A stretch of 64,000 nt of DNA from NCBI GenBank assembly GCA_001949185.1, contig BDGG01000009.1, positions 485,624 to 549,623 on the forward strand, written 5' to 3'. Of this stretch, positions 51,682 to 64,000 are shown in pieces; positions within the stretch are counted from its first letter, which is position 1, and each line of letters starts with the position of its first letter. Origin of the DNA: Ramazzottius varieornatus. Taxonomy: Eukaryota; Animalia; Tardigrada. The notes under the pieces were generated by a model. The model made no database searches and was not told where the DNA came from. It was given only the letters and a program-made list of their open reading frames with translations. The translations under genes and the position numbers were made by a program.

Positions 51682-54600
51682 ATGGCCGAGGATCTTCAGC
51701 AGGTATCGAAGTTTCTGGCGCATCCGCCTTTCAGTAGGAAGGTTTCCATTTTGGACTTGGATGCACTATCGGGACTTACTGGCCTACAGTTTCTCACCGA
51801 TGTGTTCGCTGCGTTGGATCCATCGGTACAAACGTATCTTTTTCTCCTTTCGGTTAGGTGGAAGTCTTGTTTATACGGTGACGGTGGTTTTCATCTGTTT
51901 TTAATTTAGTTCGGCGGAAATATCGCGGAAGAAGAAGCACAAGAGCTCGCTATCCGCATATTCACCTTCCTACGGTTGCTGCGATATCCGCCTGGCGCCC
52001 ATCCGACTGAGCAGTAAGCTGTTCTCTTGTGGTCGAGCACACTTGGAAAAGCTTGTGCGTGCTTGATGGTTGTAAAGTGGACCATTCGTAGATCGGAGTG
52101 GAGGAAAGATGTCATCGAAGGCAAACGTCGTGCCATCGTATCCATCCTGGTGTGGCTGTCACAGAACCTGCCGATGGTGCAGCAGCGACTCTATCTGGCC
52201 AAATACATGACCAAAGTCGATATTCCGTCTGATTTCCGGACCGACCCGGAAATCAACCGAATCCTCGAAGAAGTATGTGGGAGGTCGGCAAAGAGAAACA
52301 GTCATTGAAGAACAGTCATTGCAAGTCGCGCACGCTTCCCGTCAATAACACCGGAAACGTGCGTCACTTACGATAACGAACTTGTACGTTGCGTTTTTGC
52401 CAACCTACAGTACACGCAGAACGAGATTTCATGGTACAGTGAAAATTATGGAACAGGCGGAAAGGACGGCAAGATGGAGATTCGACCGTAGAAAAGTGTC
52501 GAAAAATGTATTACTGTGAATCGGTCGCGTATGTACGTGCTTCCGTACCGCCGTAGCGAAATGGCCTGTCCCATAATATTTACTGTACCATAATTTCTCG
52601 TCCTGCCTGTACGTGTATGAATGTTTTTCCTTGTTTTCAATGGCGGCTAGTCTTATACTGATGTTTTGTAGCAAGATCGCGCAGTTGCTGAGTTCTCCGC
52701 TTCCCACAAAGAGCACAGTCTTCTCAAGACCGACGCGGATATCGTGAACAATCTACGGCGAGAAATCAAGGACCTTCGCGCCCAGAAGGAGCAAACGGAG
52801 CAGCGTGTTGCCGAGCTGGTCACTCGAGTCCGCTCTGTACCCGGGAAGACAGCAGAGAAAGATGAAAGAATGGAACTCGCGAGGGCCCTTCGAGAAGAAC
52901 AGGAGAGCTGCGCGCAGCTGATGAACAAAAGAACCGAACTTCGTCAGCTGGGCCTCTCACAGAACGACCAGATTGCCCGTCTGAGAGACTACACGTCGAA
53001 ACTCACCGATGAATGGCGGGAGGTCACACCGGAAAGTAAATGAGAATTGAGTGCCATACCGATAACTATGTTTTGATAATTGGAACCTCGCTCAGTTTTT
53101 CAACCTCAGAATGTTAATATGGAACGAGGGTAAACGAAACGCAGAGGATCGTTGTATCAAGCGACGGACTTTCTTATTATCATTGAGTAGAAACGTGCGC
53201 CACTGGGGATAGCGACTTTCACGTTGCGTTTGCCGGCCTCCCATAGTATGAATTATAACGTTCTGGTTCTGTCTTTTTCACAATATATGTTTTCAGAGCT
53301 CCTCCAGAAGCTGGAAGACCGAGTGACGTCCCAACGTCGAGCAGTGAACGAAGTACTTCCTAGAGCTATTGGAGAAGAGCGCAAGGCTTTGGTGGAACTG
53401 GCCGAGCTCCTAAAGCTGCCTGACTTTACCGAGCGGAACTTGAACGAGCTGCGGGTAAGAATGTTTGGCTTTCTAGGCTTCTAGCACGGATAACGAAGGC
53501 TTTCTGTTCGTTCTAGATAAAAGCGCAAATGTTACAAACGGAGGTCTTCAACATGTCCGACAAGCTGAAAACCGCTTCGCAGACACCGCAGCTGGCGGAA
53601 GTAGCGGCGAACCAAGCTCAGCTGGACAGTCTCGTGGAGAAAAAGAAGGAGTTGGCCTCTCGCAATGAAGCTCTGCATCGGGAGATTCGAGAAGTCGAAC
53701 AAAGGATGGGTATTCAGGTCGATGACAGAGGCGATGCGACAAATCTCTCTCGAAAGCTGTTGAATTCCGCTGAGGAGAACGAAAGAAAGAAGAACGTCGT
53801 TGAGGTCCTGGAGGCTGAAAGAAGGACTGCCTCGCGCACTTACTCCATACTGGCTGACGAACATCAAAGAACGAAGAACATTCTGGTGGGTTTTCGATGT
53901 GTTGAGATCTAGACTGATTGATAGATAGGTCAATAAATGGGAGCTCCGCAAACAAGATCAACCAAATCGTTCTCCTCAGGTGGCGCAAGGTTATAGTATT
54001 GTTGGTCGAGAACGCGCGCCACTTGGAAAAATGATTTGGCCAAGATTGTTCGCCGAGCTCCCAAATGTTTCTTTAATTGCAGACGGAATGGGAGAAACGG
54101 ACGGGTCTCTCGCCTTTAGCGCCAAGTTCTGGGCAAACCGATGTCCGACCCACAACCGACGGAAGACCTCTGGCGGACCAGACTCACGAGCTGGAAGAGA
54201 AGGTCGCCAGCAGGCGGAAGGAAGTAGCTCAGCTGCTCAGCGAACTTCAGCCACTTCGGCAGAAACACAAGACCCAGCAAGACATTATAGCGAAGGAGAA
54301 CCAACGGCAGAACGCTCAGGACCTCCAAACAGTGAGGCGATAGTCGATCTGCTCCGGATAGTGGTTACGGACTTGAACGGTTTTGTTATCTTAGAGTGTC
54401 GACAAAGCGCGAGATGAGGTCGCCACCCTGAACAGCACCATCATAAGTCAACAGCTGGAAAGCCAGTACGCAGATATTCTTCTGGAAAGAGCGACGAACG
54501 AGGAGGCTGGACAGAAATTTATGTAAACCCCGAACATCAAATACATAGAGTAGATAATTATGAAAGCTCGACAAACAAACTGGACTAGATCGTTTTCCCA

Positions 54601-55028
54601 AGTGGCGCACGCTGTGAGCCAGTGAAAATGGGAACCTGCGCCATTTGGTAGAACAATTACGTCGAGTTTGTTCGCCGAGCTTCCATACGAAAACGTCGTG
54701 CTCATTTTTGGTTCGAGTAGGCAAACGACCAGGAACTATATCCAGAGTGAGAACTCCAAGTTGACGACATTGAAAACCGAGCATGAGACGTCGAGAGCTT
54801 CGCATGCAGAGATTACGCGACAGGTAAGGGACCATCGTTGGAACTCTTAAAGATATACTGTTCCAACAGAGCCGGTTCATGATGAGGTTTGTCCCTACAA
54901 AGGCAAACGCGTGGAAGGACCTCGACCGGCTTTTTGACATGAAGATGGAGCATCTGAACGAGGAAATGGATGCGGTTATTGGAAGGACCCGCATAAAGGA
55001 AAGCTTCGACAGAATTATGATGGCATGA
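51682..55028 (+). CDS. IFT81: Intraflagellar transport protein 81, multi-exon
   Basis: N-terminal CH-like region (LAHPPFSRKVSILDLDAL...LTDVFAALDP, FLRLLRYPP, RLYLAKYMTKVDIPSDF), long coiled coils with ELQPLRQK, C-terminus WKDLDRLFDMK...DRIMMA*. Confidence 0.88.
53939..54062. mobile_element. Full-length one-hairpin MITE copy (124 bp) with AAAT target duplication, in an IFT81 intron
   Basis: aaat|gggagctccgc...gccgagctccc|aaat. Confidence 0.88.
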
Positions 55029-55829
55029 AGGAAGGCACGAAGCAAGACATCTGGGTATGATTATCTTAAGATTATGTAAGATTTGTCGTCTAAGTGAAGT
55101 TTACTCTTGAGTCTCGACGAGCCAGCTGTGGCAGAAAACTCGTCCGTACTGTGCCGTGTGGCCTCAGCACGGTCTCTCAGTGATCTTGCCACGGAAGTGC
55201 AGTACGTGTAGTCGCTCGATTTGGACGGGTGGTTCACTTTACATTACGAAGTACTGAAGTTTGTCACTTGCCCAAGTAATCGTGATTTCCGGATGGCTTT
55301 GATGTGGGGACCGCAGCGATCATAGGTGGTCATGATTCGCAATAAAACTTCACTAAACTTGTTCCAATTGGCATGCGACTGCCGTAGGACGTATCAATAG
55401 CATTACTCACTCGTCAGTCGTCAGACCAGCTGCACGATTGAAACCTACAATCTTGAGGTCGTCATAGTTGAACTGTGAGTTTTTGTGTGATTTGATCCTG
55501 CTGTGTTTTTTTTAGATTGTTTTTCCTGGCTCTTCCATATAGTTCGCTACCAATTCCCCCGTAGTGTTCTGGGACTTTGGTGATTTTGTTCGTCTTCGGA
55601 TCGACTGACAGTTGACTTACACATGACATGATATGACATTGTAATGTGTCATATCACAGAGTTGTTTGGATTGAGGGGTTCTTTTTATTTTGCTTCAGAG
55701 GATGATCAGGATCTGATGGAGTGATGGATGCCTTTTTTGAACATATCTCATAAGGAAGTACGCTAAATTGTTCCGGTGTCTTGTCCGCGGACCTCCGGTC
55801 AGAAGCTTAGAATTTCTCGTAAGGAACAA

Positions 55830-57987
55830 ATGAAAGACATGGTAAGGTGCTCTTGTACAGTGTCTTCCGTAAAATTTGCCCTTCCATTCTCGTCAACTGT
55901 TTGTGTCTCGTAGGATGGCCGAAGTATTATGGATATCAAGTGGTCCGAAGAAGCAGGGATTGGTTGCACTCGAAAATGCCTGTATCGCAGCGATGGTGCG
56001 CATTACACGATGGAAGATGGCGTCGACGAAGATCGCGTCATCAGCTATCGGTTAGTCGAGTGGGGGGAATATTCATGTGATGTACGTCATTGCGTCTCTC
56101 GGTGTGTCCGCGTCGATGCATAGACCTTGTAAAGTCTTTAAGGAACCACGCGGATGACATGAGGACTCAGTAGTGGGATGGAGGATACAAGGGTGTCCTA
56201 CAAGGCGTACATGGGTCTTTCGTTAGATTATCTATTATGCGCAAAGTCATGCGGGTTCTTGACGTGTGTTTTTCGTAGGGTGAACGATATTCACGTTTAT
56301 GCCATCTTTGATGGGCACGATGGCTCGAAAGCCTCGCAGTTCGCGGCCCAACAATTTCCCTTGGAGCTTCTTTTGGGTCAGTTGGAAGGTAGGTACTAAT
56401 ACAGACTTTCAGAGTATCTTAACACACCTCGACAGCTTCTTAGATGGATAACATGATCATAACGTCTTCAGTTTGCCGCTGTAGCACCCATCGACGACGA
56501 GGAAATGCGCACAGTGATCCGTAATGCTTTCCACATGGTCGAAGAAAAGTTCTTGGACGGCCTGGAAGACAAAGCGGATTCCCTGAACCTTAACCGTTCC
56601 CGAAGCAGCCGCCTCGGTTCCTCGTCCCTGCCCGACCTGCATGCCTCCTCCTTCTCGGACAGCGCACCGACGCACCTACCGCAGCATTTCGCCGGCGGGA
56701 CCACGGCCGTCATGGCTGTATACTGTCACGGAAAGCTTTTCTTCGCCAACTGTGGTATGTGCGTCAACTGTCTTTGTATTTTCGGCCTTCAACGACATAT
56801 TATGCTGTACATTATAACTCACCGCGTAATCAATCTTACAGGTGACTCAATAGCCGTGTGGTGTCAGGTTAACGCCGACGGCGTCCTCAGTGTCCATCCT
56901 GTCAGTATACTGCATAATATCGACAGTGAGGATGAAGCTTTGCGCTTGTCCCTTTTGGGTCTGGATATCAACCTTCTGAAACGGTCGCATGCACTGAAGC
57001 TGACGCGCTGTGTGGGCAACTACGCACTGAAGAAGTACTATCGCTCATTCGACATCCTCAAGTAAGAAGCAAAATGCACCTGATGCGAATGCGCTGGCTT
57101 TCCGAGTTTGACAATGGTCATTCTTTGCAGGCAGGCCGTTACCACGCCCATCACATGTGATCCTGAAATCATCGGTGGAATAGTGATTAGCCCCGAAACT
57201 CGGGGCTTCGTCTACCTGATGTCTAGTGGCCTTCACCAGTAAGTCCCTCCGTCTGCCACTATGCTGGAAGCTCGGATAAACAAACTCGACATGACTGTAT
57301 TCCGAAATGGCGCACGTTCTCAGTGTTATTGGCTAGGAGCGCGCGCCACTGTACAGTTTGATTGTTCTTCCCAGTGGCGCACGGTTTCAGGGTTGTTTGC
57401 TGGAAGCGTTCGCCAGATGGACAAACGATCTTGCGAAAGTTTGTTTACTTCGGTTCAATGTATTGTAACGATGTATTTCCAGGGCGTGGAAGGAATGTAC
57501 AGGCTCGGAGTCGGTCGAGACCGACATTGCTGGTCTCATCGCCGTCCAGCTGTCTTCCGACAAGTCCCTGCACGATATAGCCCAAACAGTATTGGAACAC
57601 GTGTGCCAAAGGCATGCAGCTGCATACGCCTCAGGCAAAGCAGCCCAAGAGTATTTCCGTCGAGACGAAATGACTCTCCTCATCCGTAACTTCGGCTTGG
57701 ATGGGAAGGACGTGGTACAGAGTCCTTCGCCGGCCAGTGATGTGATGGACCTTCTCAATGGTGACGCGCCCGAGAACGCTCAGACATTGCGCTTCCCAAG
57801 TAGACCGAACTGGGGTTCGGAGAATACAGGAAGTTCAGATGACACTGAAACCGACGGGTATGCTAACTCGGTTGGAGCTCAGAGGTCGCTCGATGGGTCC
57901 ATTCTTGTCGAGTACGTCGATCCTTATGTGGACTTTTCGGAGCTGAACTCGCTAGACACTGATTTTGAATGTAGTGATAGTGATTAA
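55830..57987 (+). CDS. TAB1: TAK1-binding protein 1 (PP2C-like fold), multi-exon
   Basis: YAIFDGHDGSKASQFAAQQFPLELLLGQL, GGTTAVMA, FANCGDS, TRCVGNYALK, RRDEMTLLIRNF, C-terminal VDPYVDFSE. Confidence 0.88.
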
Positions 57988-58202
57988 GTCTTTGCTGAAT
58001 TTTCTGTAAAGAGAGTGAGTTGAAAAAGCTTTCGTTTTCCTCTTGACGCTGTATTTATTGCATTTTTGCCGTTGAGCTTTTTGGTGCCGTACGCTTCCCG
58101 GTTTTGTACTCACCGACATAACTTTATTACGTTTTTGATTTTATTTTATTTTTTGATCCGAATGTATCCTGTCTAAACGGCTTGACATAAGCCAGAACAT
58201 TT

Positions 58203-58324
58203 AGGAGCTCGGAAACGAACTCGACCAATCTTTGTCCCAAGCGGCGCACGCACCCAGCTAAACTCACTGACAACGTGCGCCACTTGGAAAAACGATTTTA
58301 ACGAGTTTGTTTGCCGAGTTTCCA
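58203..58324. mobile_element. One-hairpin MITE copy between the convergent 3' ends of TAB1 and the G alpha gene
   Basis: aggagctcggaaacgaactcgacc...gagtttgtttgccgagtttcc. Confidence 0.85.
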
Positions 58325-58396
58325 TTGTGTGACCACGAAAAATACGTTTACCTGTAATTCTCAGGTATTTTTGATGTTGGTCTGCAGAGCAGCGTA

Positions 58397-60126
58397 TCAA
58401 AGCAGAGGCTCGTTTGAGAACGTTTTCAGGAGAATTTCATATTTCACAGCATTAAAGACAAACTTGAAGCCTTCCGTATCGGTTGCACAGGTGTAGTGAA
58501 CAAAAATGCTTCGTTTCCTTTTATCAGTATCACTTGTAAGGTACATTTCTTTGATAAAATTTCTGGCCGCATCTGCGTCCTTCGGGGGTCCGTCATACTG
58601 TGGGAAGTAATCGACGAGATGACTTCTCGTGATCTTCTCCTCTAGAATGTCTTTCTTGTTCAAAAAGAGGATGAAACTGCTGAATAGGTATCCTTGGTGG
58701 CAAGGATAGTTCAGGAGTAATTTGAACAGGTTGAGGCTCTCCTCCATTCGATTCACGGTAGAGTCTTCAACTAGCATCTGATCGTAATCTGAAAGGGCGG
58801 CAACGAAAAAGACTGTGGTGAACCACACGTTATTGGAATCGAAGGCATGGATCCACTTCCGGCGTTCGGTTTTCTGGCCGCCGACATCGACAACCGTGAA
58901 GAAGGCTTTCTCGATTTCGAAGGCGTATTCGTGGATTGAGGTGGTCCGAACACGGACTCTCAATATGTCCTTGAAAAACCACCGGCAGTCCATGTGCGCG
59001 AGTTGCAAAAGTCGAGCTTTCTTCATTGCTCTCTTACCTCGTTGTTCGGAAGGTAATTAGGATCTCTCATCACTTCTAGTCGGCGCATGAAATACCTGAA
59101 ACAATGTTTCGATTTCGGATGTTCCGACTGAGATGCACTGAGAAATATACATTGGATGAGCGTCACACTCGGAAATATAATCGACCACATCGTTTTCCCA
59201 ACTGGCGCACGTACTCGATAATATTGACTGGAAGCGTGCGCCGCTTGCAAAACGATTTGGTCGATTTTGTTAGTAGAATTGTCATATGGCATACCCTGTG
59301 GAGTCGCTTAGCGCGAGTTCGTTCCGGTTGTTGAAAGCAATCTGGATATTTTCGTTCTTCCATAGAGCCTTGATAGCGTCTGTAAACCAAATAAACAGTA
59401 CGAACTGTGGACCTTTTATGTAGAGGTTACGTACGCGATGGTCTCGCACCGAACTGTTCATTAGAAAGCCGGAAGCTGATGTCAGGGTTCAAGCTTTCCA
59501 GGAAATGCGGACGGAGGTCTTGGGCGAACTTTTCGTGCGTTGGGTCTTCGAGGGTGAGCTGAAATCGTGCTAGCGAGTTCGCCAGGATTATGATTGATTC
59601 CAGCACATTGGCATGTATGTAACGGATCAAGTTCCGTCTTTCGTCGTCCGAGTATCCATTGCTGTGCAGTATTTTCATTTGCTTCACCATTGTCGACTTC
59701 CCTAAATAAGCGCCGGTGTATATCTTTTGAAAACTGGATATGGGACATCGTTAAATAAACCCGCCCAAATTGTGTTTTCCTGTTTGGCGCACGCTTCCAG
59801 TCAATAACACCGCCGGGGTGCGCCACTTTGGCAAACAATCAAATTCGGCCAGATGGATCCAGCAGGTGGCGCACGCTTCCAGGCTGTAATAATGAAAACT
59901 CGCGCCACTTGAAAGAACGATCTAGGTGAAAACATTTGTCGACGTCGCATAGTGTAACGAAAAGATCATACGAACCAGATTCACCGGTCCCCAGTAAAAT
60001 AAGCTTGATTGTCCGTTGAAGAAGCTTTCTGTTTCGCTCGATTTCCTTGGATAGTTCCTCATGAACACGTTTCTGGTTTCGGGTCTCTTCCGTCTCCGGT
60101 TGACAGCATGGCAGTCTCGCGGCCAT
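58397..60126 (-). CDS. Heterotrimeric G protein alpha subunit, divergent Gq-like, 5 exons
   Basis: N-terminal CC, LGTGESGKST, DILRVRVRTT, DVGGQKTERRKWIH, ALSDYDQML, LFLNKKD, SHLVDYFPQYDGP, HYTCATDTE. Confidence 0.93.
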
Positions 60127-61564
60127 GGCGAAAGTTTCGAACCGCGTGCTTTTCCGGAAGATCGGCTGTTGCAAGTGGAAGAATAATACTGCGCATAATT
60201 TGGAACATTTTCAACCCGATGCTGCAGACAGACAAAGTGTAAATCGAATGGAGTGCGGCAGCTCGTAATCAGTTTGACATTATTGGTAAGACTTCATTGA
60301 TGATAAGGTGCTACCGGACCTGATAATTAACGGAAGATATCGGACACGGTGGGCTCTTCGGTGAGAACTGTCCAGCAGACTCTTTTCGCCGGTGACTTGG
60401 CATGTTGAGGAATGAGGAGTTTCTTCTGCTTTTTCGGCCTCGCGATTGCGAATTTGCGATTGATTTTGTGAAATGGCGATGTCATCTTTGTTTCCCAGGC
60501 AGTACAAATCCCAAAAACGCCAGTTACGCCACCTCGGTGGCCCCTATAGGGGTCCACGTATACGAGGGCAAGAGAGGCCGTGCTGTATACCCATGGGTAC
60601 CGGGGGCTCCATTTCCGAGTTTCTTCTAATCTTCATTATAGAGTTTGCGAGGACAGTTCTAGTCTCATAAACTGCCCTCATATTTGTAAGTCTCAGGTTC
60701 CAGTCTCAGATTTCGACAAATCAACTCCTCCCCAATCAAGCATTATGGGAGTTGAATGTGCCGTGATCTAGAAGTAACCTTCTGCCAAGTTCACAGATAA
60801 TAGCAGATCTCCGAGCCTGAGTCACGATTCCTCGGGCATCATGTAACTGGGAGTGCGCCACCGAAGTAAGGCTAGATGCGTGTATTTTACATGTCGTAAT
60901 CTCATGTAGAAGGTTGGCACCGCATACTGCGGACCAAAATAACGAAAGGGGGCAGCCTTCAGGCTATCGCACACGCAGAGATACGCAAAAGGAGATAATC
61001 CACAGGATGGTCTCAGAAATCGGTCTTATCGAAATTTCGGTTTTCCATGAGACCAGTCGGGCACGGTATCAGAATCCAAGTCTCGGATTTCCAGTCGGCC
61101 AATAGCAGTGATTCAACGGGTTCGAGCCGGCCCACGACCCGGCGAAACACGAGACCGAAAGATGAAAGTGGCTTTTTATGAGACCTGACCTGTCCTCGCA
61201 ATCTCTATATTCTTCTCTTGGAACTTTGTTGTAGTTTTCATGATCAAGTTCTCTTCCAGCAAGCACTAGTTTAATCTACTCTCCAGTACCTTGGTCTTTC
61301 TGAAGTTTCTGGATCGATTCCTTCTTGAACGTCCACGTCGTTCCGTGATCCAGTACATCGGGAACCCTGCACCGTACATCTTTACTGGGGTAAGTTAGCG
61401 CTCAAAGCCAGCATTCAACGCTGGTGAGCAACACCGCAGTATCAGTCCGTGGATTCTTCACCGTATTCATCATAACTAACTACTGTAAATTTGTATTGCT
61501 GTTTTAGCTGAGGAACACGTCCTGTACGAGTACTATAAACACCTGGAATATCATTTGGTTAGCG

Positions 61565-62390
<826 letters not shown>

Positions 62391-63034
62391 TGCGTAGCAA
62401 TTCGTCTGAACGACTGCGTGGATGCCCGAAAGTTGAATAATAGCCGATGACCGCGTCTTTCATCTGCTACCATTCATCAGGGACGTCAGGGTTTGGGCTC
62501 TTTGGATTCATGCTGATGGTGGAAAGGGTCCGACAAAGAATTTCCGTGTCTGTGATCTCTGGCTCGTGATGTTGTTTGAGGAAATAATCATCATGTGGTT
62601 TCTGTTTTATCCCAGAATAAAGATTCGACGAGCATGCATTCCTTGTTGAGTTTAGTTTCCACCCTTCGGCTAGCGTGAAATGTGCGGTCTTGCTCTAAGA
62701 GGCAGGCTGTGATGTTGTGGTTAGGAATTTCACATGGCTATGTTGGAAGCTGTGGGTTAGAAGGGTCATAGACTCCGAATGCAAAAGTTACGTCGAGGAT
62801 AAAAATAGAACGTTAGTGTCTGCAACCGCTCAGTTGGCGCAGTTAGACCAGTATAAACATTGCGTCCCAAAGGCTGTGTGAGTCTTCAGCAAAATCATTG
62901 ATACAGTTCTGACTGCCGTCTCCTTTCGTCTTTAGATGTCTAAATCTCGGGCTGAAAAGAAAACATTAGACCTTGCGGCGTCGTACGACCGCTCGACTGC
63001 GTCTCGGGAATTTTCTTCGCACGATTAAGGCACA

Positions 63035-64000
63035 ATGGTGGTAATCACGGCGGTGGCACCTTACTCACGTGGAGATGTCATTATGCGGAACAAGCCATGG
63101 GCTTATGTCTTGGAACAGAAACATGCCGCTTCTTACTGCCATTATTGTTTCCGCCGGTAAGTGAACATATCCAAATTAGTTTAATAAAACTCGACCAGAT
63201 CGTTTCCCACGTTGCGCACACTTACACTGGCTGGAGCCGTGCGCCGCTTTGGAAAACGATTTGTTCGAGTTCATTTGCTGAGCTCCCATTTTTTCTTCAC
63301 GACATGACATGACGAAGTTGATGTGAGATGCTGTTTTGTTTATAGACCAGTGGCTTTAAAGGATGAGGCTCTCAAGCGGTGTACCCAATGCCTGTTTGCC
63401 CACTATTGCGGAGCAAAGTGCGCGAAAGCAGCCTGGAAGGACCACAAGATCGAGTGCAAGAAACTAGAAAGTCTTCGAGAGAGCAAAAGCGACATTCCGG
63501 AATGCAACATCCGTCTGCTTGCTCGCATGATAACCAAGCTACGCAGAGGCGAGCGATCGGATCCGCCTGAAGCTTGCTCACCGCCGACCGAAAGAACTTA
63601 CGACTCCCTATGCACACACGCTGACAAAGTACTGCAATTCCTCATTTCCTCTCTGTACTTTTCGGGCCCTCGGTTCAGCCATTCCAAAGAACAGTTCCAG
63701 ACTATTTCTATCTCTATTTTCCAGATAAATACTTCGGTCATCCAAATTACGGCTTTCACCTTTATCGTCGAAAAGCTCGTCGCTTTCCTGGGGAAAGAAA
63801 ACATGCCGGAAGACGGCGAAGTATTGAAGGACGCCTACAGCAAGCTGATCGTGAACGCAATGACGCTGTACGACGGAAGCTGGCCATATGGTACGAGCTG
63901 CTAGTTTCAGTATTGAATTCTGAACAAAAGACTTATTTGGGAGCCCGGCAAATAAAACTTACATTAAACCTACAAAAGCGTTATTTCGGGTGGCGCACTA
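63035..64000 (+). CDS. SMYD-family (SET and MYND) lysine methyltransferase, 5' part, runs off the window
   Basis: RGDVIMRNKPWAYVL, CHYC, RCTQCLFAHYCGAKCAKAAWKDHKIEC MYND finger, IRLLAR, KLIVNAMT. Confidence 0.88.

Noticed and set aside
61050-61140. B-box-like GGTTCGAGCC suggesting a tRNA or SINE
   Set aside because: No properly spaced A-box and no cloverleaf.
62828-62890. A-box-like TGGCGCAGTTAG
   Set aside because: No B-box or acceptor stem.
62936-63034. In-frame upstream ATG and TAA before SMYD suggesting readthrough
   Set aside because: TAA is a poor readthrough codon and the ATG at 63035 gives a plausible SMYD start.

Overview
Eukaryotic (animal) genomic DNA, gene-dense, with many short (~60-80 nt) GT-AG introns. 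The compact architecture suggests a small invertebrate genome such as a tardigrade; this is inference only. Host genes in order: two cytochrome b5 genes, UBAP2L/lingerer-like, mannose-6-phosphate isomerase, KRTCAP2, an AKH/GnRH-family GPCR, FKBP8-like, CK2 beta, kynurenine 3-monooxygenase, an orphan gene, EXOC8/Exo84-like, GT11 alpha-1,2-fucosyltransferase, MBF1/EDF1, IFT81, TAB1, a Gq-like G alpha, ATG12 and the 5' part of a SMYD gene. Mobile DNA: (i) about 37 copies of a modular palindromic MITE (GGGAGCTC...GAGCTCCC, hairpin core AAGTGGCGCAC-N~25-GTGCGCCACTT, 4-bp target duplication), mostly intronic; (ii) a two-gene PIF/Harbinger transposon; (iii) a 5'-truncated APE-RT non-LTR retrotransposon with an extra RGG-containing ORF downstream of the RT; (iv) a foldback element spanning the assembly gap. 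Highlights: the MITE-in-intron system, the LINE 3' ORF, a PAM2 motif in FKBP8, a natural G188S-equivalent (RGS-insensitivity) change in the Gq-like protein, a PH-less Exo84, and a GC-AG intron in KMO. Gene models were spliced by eye and protein identities come from recalled family motifs, not database searches.
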